A stretch of 64,000 nt of DNA from Cyanidioschyzon merolae (lineage: Eukaryota): the NCBI GenBank assembly GCA_000091205.1, contig AP006501.2. One strand, given 5' to 3'. A program made the position numbers and the translations under genes. This document shows, in pieces, positions 56,101 to 64,000 of the stretch (position 1 is its first letter; each line of letters begins with the position of its first letter). The notes beneath the pieces were generated by a model, which did no database searches, had not been told where the DNA came from, and saw only the letters and a list, made by a program, of their open reading frames with translations.

Positions 56101-57568
56101 ACCTAGCCGGAGGATGAGGGACTTGCGGAAGAGAGACGACATGTGTCCCGGTGTCACCGTGTGCTGAACGCTTCGGCGATTCGTCCAGTGCAGCGATTGT
56201 TACGTTTCACAATAGAAAACACTCTTCCGATGGAGTTCATCTACGGAGTGCACGGAGGAAGAGCATGCAGCTCTACCCCGATGGCATCGGAAAAAGACCG
56301 AACGCAACGGGTGTGGTCAAATGCCACGTTGTCGAACAGAGCGACGTTGCGAGACGTCAGCGAAAACTCTCTAATGGCTGGACGAAATTGCTGGTGCTGT
56401 TATATGAGCCTTCTGTACGAGCGAAACTAAGGCCGCCAAGTATATCCACTTCAGCTGGAAGAGAGGATAATGTCGTCGTTATCTTCGAGTTCGATCCTGC
56501 ATGGAACGGGCTCTATCTCCGCGACTACCCATATACGCTCCGAACGTCTTGTACGAAAAAAGTTTCATCGATCGAAACAAACCGCTCGATGCCCTCTGCT
56601 TCGTACTGATCGCGAGGTTCCAGGAACCCTGTCGTTGCGATTTCTTGTGGAAGATAGCGGAGTGTGAACTAGAACTTTTTTCCACTGTGTTCTAACGTTT
56701 TTAGGACCACACGAGCAAGCTGTTGCGAAAAATCGACGCGTGTGGCGACTAGCAGCGTCGCTTTTTGCTTTTCGTAAGGTTATCAACGGGTCCGTTGCTA
56801 CCAGTTACCGCAAACACGCTTTGAGCACATCGGTTTTTGGCGCGATGTGCATCTACTTTCTTTCAGTGTCTCTCAACCATCTGACTATTGTGGTATGTCA
56901 TACCTGAAGGAGAAGTGCTGTCCTCATTGCACTGTTCATTAAAGAATATATATATCCTACAGGCAAATCTAATACGATGCATACTGTAAAATGCATTGCG
57001 ATTCCGACCTCCTGCACTGCATCGCACCGGCGGTGGAACGAAACCAAGCTGGATGACGCGAAGCAGGCAGGCAAGGCAAATCATAGATGACTGAATTGTC
57101 TCTTCATTCGCGAATCTCTAACAAACAGCTCGTTCCTCGAAACTCCAGTTCTACACTCTCGCTTTCCAGCACCGTCTGTAGCGATGAACTCTGTCGATAT
57201 GGATCGCTGAGCGTGCTCTGTTTGACTGTCTCGCACGCTGCGGCAGTGGACACGCTCTTAGCTTGACACCTGGTGCAGCAGATGCGACTGCTGTACCTGT
57301 GAAACGGAGCCCGGTCGCCACCGCGCACTAGTCGCCGGGCTGGTTTTCCTGAGATCTGCGTTTCTATTTCTTCCCAGCGACGCTATTTGGAGCGAAATAA
57401 CGCAAACTTTTATTATTAGAGGAGTAATTGAACGATTTCGGAGCTGTTCAACGGGGGAACGGTGAGGAGTTAGCGTCGCGGTTGCACACGCCGGTCAGCT
57501 GCACTTTTTGCACGCGCAGCGTAAACCCCGTGTCGCCCGGTTCCCAGAGACGGTTTTGGACCGAACTT

Positions 57569-58183
57569 ATGGCCGCAGACTCCACTGAATCCAGCGACTT
57601 TGCTGTCATACCCTTTGGATCCGAGTACTTGCATTTTTTTGCGGTGAAGACGCTGATCGACGGCTTGCTGAGCGAGCCTTACTCCACGTTCACCTACCGG
57701 TACTTTCTACGCCAATGGAGCGAACTGTGTTTCCTAGCGGTTCGGAAACTTCCGCATGCTGCATCGTGTACACCGCTCCGATCTGAGGATTTGTTCGGTT
57801 GCATCATTGGCAAGGCAGAGGTGCACAGAGACTCGCTCCGCGGATATATTGCAATGATTGCCGTCGACATGACGCATCGTCGACGCGGTCTAGGCACATT
57901 ACTCGTACAGCGAACGCTGCAAGCCATGCAAGAGCGAGGATGTGATGAGGTAGTCCTCGAAACTGAAGTAACGAATCACTCCGCGCTACGAATGTATGAG
58001 AAGCTAGGCTTCTTGCGCGACAAGCGTCTCGAACGGTACTACTTGAACGGATCGGATGCGTTTCGACTGCGCCGCCGCCTGGTGCCGCTGCCGATGCCCA
58101 ACATCGACTCACCAGCACCCCAGCTGCCATTGAATCAGAAAACGTCGGAACCCGAGAGAATCACCGAAAGCTACTCTGATTGA
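57569..58183 (+). CDS. N-alpha-acetyltransferase, NatC catalytic subunit-like (NAA30/Mak3, GNAT fold)
   Basis: 'LLSEPYSTFTYRYFLRQWSELCFLA', 'GYIAMIAVDMTHRRRGLGTLLVQ', 'EVVLETEVTNHSALRMYEKLGFLRDKRLERYYLNGSDAFRL'. The track start at 57428 is a TTG; the ATG at 57569 was chosen. Confidence 0.8.
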   Translation: MAADSTESSDFAVIPFGSEYLHFFAVKTLIDGLLSEPYSTFTYRYFLRQWSELCFLAVRKLPHAASCTPLRSEDLFGCIIGKAEVHRDSLRGYIAMIAVDMTHRRRGLGTLLVQRTLQAMQERGCDEVVLETEVTNHSALRMYEKLGFLRDKRLERYYLNGSDAFRLRRRLVPLPMPNIDSPAPQLPLNQKTSEPERITESYSD

Positions 58184-58508
58184 AAAGAGCGTTCGAATAC
58201 GGGCTTTTCACAAGTGTTCCCGTGATTTGCATCCAGGTCCTAGTTGCTGTCGTCGAATATAATCTATACATCATCTCTGGGGAAGCCTGGGCTCCACCAG
58301 AAACGCGTTTGAAACAGTGTTTAGATGCGTATGTTCTTCGCGAGCTGAACGTCGCAGTACGACGCCTTCCATCGACTAACGTAAGTTGATGATGTGCCGC
58401 AGGCTACATCGCGAGGAACTCGCGCTTCTCGGATTGATTGCGCGATTTTATCCATTGTCGAGTAGGGAAGATACGCGCGGAAATCTTCCCTCTAGCCTCG
58501 AGTGGGTC

Positions 58509-58730
58509 ATAGCGTTATCACCAACGCGATGCAGCCCACAAAGTTCTATTTGATGACATTTCACGTTGCGGAGTATATCTGCAGATGGCTTGTACGTGTG
58601 CGCATGTGCACATGTACATGCATCTACATTGGCATTACCGATTGTCATAGCGTTATTACCAACGCGATGCAACCTAGAAAGTTCTATTTGATGACATTTC
58701 ACGTTGCGGTGGATACCTGTGGATAGCTCA
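58509..58730. repeat. Two copies of a roughly 70-80 bp unit (138-bp spacing) plus (CATG)n and (GGC)n microsatellites
   Basis: 'catagcgttat(c/t)accaacgcgatgca(g/a)cc(c/t)a(c/g)aaagttctatttgatgacatttcacgttgcgg' appears at 58509 and 58647. 'catgcatgcatgcatgcat' and 'ggcggcggcggcggcggc' follow. Confidence 0.8.
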
Positions 58731-59015
58731 TGCATGCATGCATGCATCATTGCATGTGTCCATGCGTGCACGCGCACGCATCTCCTTGGCGGCGGCGGCG
58801 GCGGCAATGAAGGTCATGGAGACACCTTGTATAACGATTGCGTTGCCGGGGTCCATGAGATGTTCTGCATGCCGCGTCAACTTTGACCTTTAGTTTTCGC
58901 TACTATCTTTGTGCGAGCTCGAGTGGCAAACTGTCGCGTTCGTTGCTTTTCAGCCTTGCGATTCCGTTCTTCAGGAATTCATTCATCCAGAGCCATTGCC
59001 TCGAACAGGCAACCT

Positions 59016-60992
59016 ATGAAAGAAGCAAAGCTCATGGCGGGTGAAGTACTCGAGCGCTGGCCGGAGCCGACCTCTCTTCATGCACTCGTTGAGCGGCTGT
59101 TCGTCGAGCTCTTTAGATATGGCTCTTTATCAGCAATCGCGTTTCATTTCGACTTCAGTCTTGGAGTTCTGGAGCTGCACTGGCGCACAATCCCCGATAC
59201 GAACGCGGCACCGTCGCTTGACGTGAAGGATTGGCTCACGAACTGCTGCACGAGAACGGTTTTGGCTGCTTCTAGCCTGCGGATAGAGGGTGTATTCGCT
59301 CACCGTCCGATTATACGTCGCCAGCTCGAAGCGCAAGCCGGTCGGCTAGCCTCAGAATTGCTTTCGACCGTGTTGCGTCCGTGGGCTGCCCTATACGTAA
59401 ACGTCTCGTGGGAGGTAGCTCTCATGGGAAGCGGCACTCTCGCCTTTGCGCGGCACTTCAGATGGGATAATCCGAATGACGAGGCAGCATCCGAGCAGCC
59501 ATGGCTCCATCGAATGCGCCAATTGCTGAACGAAACAGCGGCTGTTGTGCGGTTTTCCACACACGTCATCGCGGGGAACTTGCCCGCGAGCCCGATGCCA
59601 TCAAGATCGGCATCGGGTGAATGGCATCTTGCTCTGGTCCACGGCTTCCGCCAATGCTGTTGGATCTTTGGCTGGAACGGGCGACCGTTGAAGATCGACA
59701 TCGAATGTCTGCAGCGGACGCTCGGCGTTCCGCATCGCGAGCAGCTTGCTTGCGGCATTGCACAGTGGCGTGACGGAAACGCTACATGGGGAGCATTCCA
59801 GGCAGATGGCTTCGATCATGCCCGAACAGCGGACTGCTGGTTGTGCAGTGGCCCAGCCGAATCATGCGAAGTGTTCCAAGCACTTCAGTTAAAGCTACGA
59901 GAACTCTTGGGGGTAAGCACCTCCACGTTGCAAACGGATTCGGTCTGGGGTAGCGTGCGCGAGCAAGCGCTGGCCAGTATCACTGCGTCTCGGCGGTCGT
60001 GCCAGCGACACGATGTCGTGCCGTCAACCGCGTCACTCCGCGATCCCGTACTCGCAGATGGCATTACGTCGACGACCCGCGCGCTGGCATTCTCCGAGAC
60101 CCTCGGCCGACCGCGAACGCCGCCAAGCCGATGCCGCACGCGTCCTTGCACGCGAGATACGTCGAACTTTCCGCCGTCGCTGAGCGTCTTCACGACGCGC
60201 GCCCTTGAGCGCCTACAGCCGGGCTGGGAGAGCGACCTCTACGGGGCGCAGGGACACTGCCCTGTGCCGATCCTCCCCGACCTTGACAATGCGCGCGTTG
60301 ATCCCACAGCTGCCAGAACGGCGGTCCAACTCCACGCCCGTGAACTTGAAGATGCAGTTGTCGTCGGTCAATTTGATGCCAAATTCATTGTGTTCCGAGT
60401 GCGCTCTGAAATTTTTCTATTGGATCAACACGCAGCGGATGAGCGGGCTCGTTTCGAGCAACTCACGCAGATGTATCAAGAGTCACTGGACCCCCGGAAG
60501 TACCCAACTGCTCTGAATCGCAGCGTTTCTCTTCGGGTCCCGTTGCTTGTCGATCTCGGTTCTCGTTGCCTATCTGCAACGACATGTGCATTCCTGCGGC
60601 ATTTTGGATGGTCCTGGGATGAAGCCTCATCCGAAAAGCCAATAGATACGCATATAGCGAGCACAGCTATCGCTGGTACTGAGCACCGATCGACTCTTCG
60701 AGTTCGCAGTGTGCCAAGCGTTCTCGGTCAGCAGCCGCTCCTCCAAGCTTCAGATCTGCTCGAGTGCATTGACTTGATGTTGGAAACGGATCACGCGGTT
60801 AGCATGGTACCTGCTGCACAGCGAGTCCTCGAAACGCTTGCTTGTCGTCACGCCATCATGTTCGGTGACCGTTTGGATCTCGCAGCCTGCCAACAGCTTT
60901 TGAAGCGTTTATCGAAATGCAGGTTGCCTTTCCAGTGCGCCCATGGGCGACCTTCGGTAGCTGCTCTGAGCTGCCCGAGGCGACCCCGGTGA
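59016..60992 (+). CDS. MutL-homolog C-terminal endonuclease/dimerization-domain protein (PMS1/PMS2/MLH3-type) lacking recognisable GHKL ATPase motifs
   Basis: The C-terminal 220 aa carry 'FIVFRVRSEIFLLDQHAADERARFEQL' (the DQHA(x)2E(x)4E nuclease motif) and 'CAHGRPS' (the CPHGRP motif). The N-terminal about 450 aa show no ELVENSxDA, DNGxGI or GFRGEAL motifs. The track start is a GTG; the ATG at 59016 was chosen. Confidence 0.65.
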   Translation: MKEAKLMAGEVLERWPEPTSLHALVERLFVELFRYGSLSAIAFHFDFSLGVLELHWRTIPDTNAAPSLDVKDWLTNCCTRTVLAASSLRIEGVFAHRPIIRRQLEAQAGRLASELLSTVLRPWAALYVNVSWEVALMGSGTLAFARHFRWDNPNDEAASEQPWLHRMRQLLNETAAVVRFSTHVIAGNLPASPMPSRSASGEWHLALVHGFRQCCWIFGWNGRPLKIDIECLQRTLGVPHREQLACGIAQWRDGNATWGAFQADGFDHARTADCWLCSGPAESCEVFQALQLKLRELLGVSTSTLQTDSVWGSVREQALASITASRRSCQRHDVVPSTASLRDPVLADGITSTTRALAFSETLGRPRTPPSRCRTRPCTRDTSNFPPSLSVFTTRALERLQPGWESDLYGAQGHCPVPILPDLDNARVDPTAARTAVQLHARELEDAVVVGQFDAKFIVFRVRSEIFLLDQHAADERARFEQLTQMYQESLDPRKYPTALNRSVSLRVPLLVDLGSRCLSATTCAFLRHFGWSWDEASSEKPIDTHIASTAIAGTEHRSTLRVRSVPSVLGQQPLLQASDLLECIDLMLETDHAVSMVPAAQRVLETLACRHAIMFGDRLDLAACQQLLKRLSKCRLPFQCAHGRPSVAALSCPRRPR

Positions 60993-61456
60993 TCGCCAAT
61001 TCAGTGCTGCATCACCGAGAAGCTTGCGACAGAGCCTGCTTTTCTGTGCTTAAAGCGCTAGTTTCGTCACTCACGTATATCGACAATGATACTTGTGGAC
61101 TTGTTTCGGCTTTTCCATTGCGCGTGTTTGCAGGTTCGGAACAAACGCTAGCCATGCCGATGTTGCAGAGTTGGTTCGAAATCCACTAAACATGCCGCTT
61201 CACCATACGGAAGCACCAGCAAACCCATGAATGCATGCACGACCAGCGTGGACTTGGTCAACGGTTTGCAGGGCGTTCCCGTCGACAGCCCTGATGCGCG
61301 TACTTGAAACCGAGCTGGGTTAGCGTTCGGGCTTCACGTATATGCAAAGACCAGCATACCGCGTATACTCCGATGCTCGCTCCGTACACTATCGAGTACA
61401 AAGCAAATATCCAATGTACATTTTGTACATGATTGGAATCGCCGCTTATCAACATA

Positions 61457-63277
61457 CTATCTCCGTCCGTGCAAAAGCGCCAAAACAACGCGGCGCATTT
61501 TTTCATACGCTACCTCAATATCATCATTCACAATACGTAAATCGAAACCTGTAATTTTCTCAGCGATATCCATTTCCTGGCGGGCGGCCTCCAGGCGCCG
61601 ATCGAGTTCCGAGGGACTCTCGGTCTCGCGCCGCCGGAGTCGCTGCTCGAGCTCCATCAGCGAGGGCGGTGCAATCCAGATATAGAACGCATCCAATTCC
61701 TGTCGATCCATCATGGTTTGTGCACCCTGCAAATCCAGACTCAGAATGCAAACTCGAGGCGATGGCGATTGCGTAACAGCTCGCACAGCACCAAACGTCG
61801 TCCCGTAGTAGTTGCCGTAAACGCAGGCATATTCGATGAATTTGCCTGCGGCGACATCCGCCAAAAAATTTTCCTTCGACACGAAATGGTAAGACACACC
61901 GTCAACTTCTCCTGGACGCGGCGCTCGCGTTGTTGTCGATACCGAATAGCCCAGATGGTTCGGAAACTCTGCTAGAAGCCGCCCTATGAGCGTCGACTTG
62001 CCCACCCCAGAAGGGCCAGTTACCACAATGGCGGTTACAGCAGGCGGATTTCGCGCCAAATCTGGCAAGTTGCGGGCGCTGCGTGCAGCGCGTCGCGACG
62101 CCACGTCATGGTTGGAGGCGTATTCTGCGTGCTGTGATGCTGCATTGCGCGCTGCGCTCGCTGGTGCGATGCGTGCTGCCTCTGCATAGTCACGTATGGA
62201 AACATACCATAGGGGTATCTTGTACGAGAGAAACCCCAAGATGCATGAAAAGACCTGACTCGATGTCAGCGTGCCTCGCTGCGATAGCACGAGGCTCAGG
62301 ATTGCCACCATGGGCGCCGCATAGCGCGCAGCAGAGAAGACGGACACCGCGCGTGGCTGCTCGGTGGTACTCGCTGGAGCTGCCGCAGCGCCAGCCAGAT
62401 CAGTGGATCCAGCGATGGGCTGCAGGCGATCAACGGATCGCTGTAATAAGCGAAGATAGAGGACGCCAGCCGATGAGCCAGCCGCAAAAGCGAGAGCGTC
62501 GGCGATTCCCGCGCGCAGGAAACAAACACAGACGCCAATGCCGGACGTAACGAGTGTGCCCTGCAGGAGCCACCTCTTCAATTTCTGGTACTCTTGCAGG
62601 CCTTGGTCGCGCTCGGCGATCATCTCTGGGCTCAGCGGTGCGCTCCTAGCGGGTGGCGGAAGCGCCTCTAACGTCCACACTCGGTTCTGTGGGTCATACG
62701 CTACTCTGTCGCATACGACGATTTCGGTGCTCGTGCGCCATACTGTTTTTCGATTCGAACTCTCGATGAACTTGTTGGTATCGCCGACGCGTTCTAATGG
62801 CTTTATATCTGTAATAACCTGGACAGAGTTCGCACGTGGTGTGACGCCCTCCACAACGCCTATGAGACGCTCCTCTCGCCATCTGCCTGGATAGAGCACA
62901 ATATCTCCAACCTGTGGATCGTTACGTATCGCGTTCGCAGCGTTGTCTTGCTGCGCTGTCAACATCCGACTGGTGCTGTGTGGGGCTGCTTCCTGAGCGC
63001 CTCGCTGAAGCAGGCGAACTTGAGGGGCTCGCAGCTGGGCTCTCCGGCTTCTACAACCTAGCGCTGGACGCCGACTGGTGCTTTCACTGCGTCGTTTTTC
63101 GGAAGCGCGTCGCCTCAGCGAGTGGTCAGTCACCCGGCACGCTGTCGAGCGCAGCAAGGGCACGAAACTGAAAGTTGAGCGCGGTGGTCCACGGTGTGCT
63201 GGGTACCGCCTTCGTTCAACGCGACGCCCAAGTCCCCAAGGCGGTGACTCGTATAGTCGCCGTACGTTCGGTGACAT
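61457..63277 (-). CDS. Guanylate kinase with a long N-terminal extension (about 400 aa, including a hydrophobic segment)
   Basis: The C-terminal 190 aa carry 'IVVTGPSGVGKSTLIGRLL', 'YSVSTTTRAPRPGEVDGVSYHFV' and 'GKFIEYACVYGNYYGTT', which match guanylate kinase. It starts at a true ATG at 63275-63277. The N-terminal region is basic and low-complexity, followed by 'LVTSGIGVCVCFLRAGIADALAFAAGSSAGVLYL'. Confidence 0.75.
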   Translation of the reverse strand: MSPNVRRLYESPPWGLGRRVERRRYPAHRGPPRSTFSFVPLLRSTACRVTDHSLRRRASEKRRSESTSRRPALGCRSRRAQLRAPQVRLLQRGAQEAAPHSTSRMLTAQQDNAANAIRNDPQVGDIVLYPGRWREERLIGVVEGVTPRANSVQVITDIKPLERVGDTNKFIESSNRKTVWRTSTEIVVCDRVAYDPQNRVWTLEALPPPARSAPLSPEMIAERDQGLQEYQKLKRWLLQGTLVTSGIGVCVCFLRAGIADALAFAAGSSAGVLYLRLLQRSVDRLQPIAGSTDLAGAAAAPASTTEQPRAVSVFSAARYAAPMVAILSLVLSQRGTLTSSQVFSCILGFLSYKIPLWYVSIRDYAEAARIAPASAARNAASQHAEYASNHDVASRRAARSARNLPDLARNPPAVTAIVVTGPSGVGKSTLIGRLLAEFPNHLGYSVSTTTRAPRPGEVDGVSYHFVSKENFLADVAAGKFIEYACVYGNYYGTTFGAVRAVTQSPSPRVCILSLDLQGAQTMMDRQELDAFYIWIAPPSLMELEQRLRRRETESPSELDRRLEAARQEMDIAEKITGFDLRIVNDDIEVAYEKMRRVVLALLHGRR

Positions 63278-64000
63278 GAAGGTAAAGAAAGACTCAACGA
63301 GAAGGCGAACGAGTCAACACACTGCGAGCGGCAGCCAAGTACACTCGTCCCTGTCCGGAAATCCGCATTGCGCAGTGGAGGCAATGCATTCTGCGTCGCT
63401 GGCGCCTGTTATGGATCGTCCTCGGCGCTTGCGCTGTCCTTCATCCATCCAAGATTATAGTCTTTCAGCTCAATTGTGTTTCAATCCCGCTGCGGTTCGT
63501 AGCAGGAGATCGATATTATAATGCAATATACCGGCTAAATCGCAGACGAATTGCATGCAGGTTATATTCTTTTCTGAGTAGTTCAAGGAGATTTGGATTG
63601 CTCCTCCTGGCCAGTCATATCATAGGACTCTGATGGTTCAGGAACACTGAAAGAAACAAGAATATAGGCTCTGCATCAAAAACATGAATTCTCAAGGCGT
63701 GCTTGCGGTAAATGGTAGAAAACGGTCCGTCGATCAGCCTACGGAAAGCGAATAACGATAACAGTTGCTGACATGGGCGTTTCTGTTTCTCTGCCCTTGT
63801 TGGTGCGCTCCTGAAAACGCTGGGATCCAATCGCACATAAAGTCCTACCACACGAACAGCCATCATCCACCGAGTTCGCAACTACAGAGTTCCTGGAACG
63901 CAGCGATCGGTATGAATCACAGGAACGTCGGATTGTTTTCACAGTCGATGAGACTTTCTTGGGACGAAACGGTCGGAGCGTATATGGATATTCGAGGTGA

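Noticed and set aside
58448-58807. ORF 58448..58807 (- strand) with the internally repeated 'RNVKCHQIEL..LHRVG.NAMT'
   Set aside because: It is a translation of the two copies of the 138-bp-spaced direct repeat plus microsatellites.
61150-61200. A tRNA-like T-loop match 'ggttcgaaatcc'
   Set aside because: It has an extra base relative to GGTTCGAATCC. No acceptor stem, D-arm or anticodon-arm pairing is found in the flanks.

Overview
This is a eukaryotic nuclear locus: gene-dense, intron-poor, about 55-60% GC, with long uninterrupted ORFs on both strands. A bifunctional DHFR-TS gene argues against fungi or animals and fits a stramenopile (oomycete-like) or other protist. I identified about 15 host genes: a partial GH85 ENGase, DHFR-TS, a Ser/Thr kinase, BTAF1/Mot1, an ABCG half-transporter, a RluA-type pseudouridine synthase, a TKL kinase with ACT and PH-like domains, Tim17, a large (about 2400 aa) TPR protein, tRNA isopentenyltransferase, RRS1, a NUDT7-like Nudix hydrolase, NAA30, a protein carrying only a MutL C-terminal endonuclease domain, and a guanylate kinase with a long N-terminal extension. 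The provided ORF track uses GTG/TTG starts, so I re-set several CDS starts to the first in-frame ATG.

The most interesting content is a diverged family of TnpB/Fanzor-like elements (eukaryotic OMEGA-type RNA-guided nuclease homologues) present in three copies.
- Copy B (about 29900-32705, + strand) is nearly intact at about 770 aa. It has a RuvC-I-like '[10 protein letters not shown]' and the C-terminal hallmark '[11 protein letters not shown]'. It is interrupted by one in-frame TGA and carries a 5x 75-bp in-frame tandem repeat just before RuvC-I.
- Copy A (about 16990-19500, - strand) is a frameshifted, stop-riddled pseudogene.
- Copy C (about 55560-56100, - strand) is a 3' fragment.

All three copies share a conserved segment downstream of RuvC-III, which I treat as a candidate omega-RNA scaffold. 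The right end of copy B lies about 20 bp from the Tim17 start codon. A 450-570 bp repeat ('U') adjoins the left end of copies A and B but in opposite relative orientation.

Other structure in the window:
- A 71-bp satellite in about 15 copies.
- A roughly 103-bp repeat in 5 copies containing (ACAT)n.
- A 1.3-kb, about 97% identical segmental duplication (41637-42960 and 51797-53120) that copies the 5' end of the big TPR gene into a truncated paralog, plus a third diverged copy at about 49100-49450.
- A 138-bp direct repeat.
- Several microsatellites.
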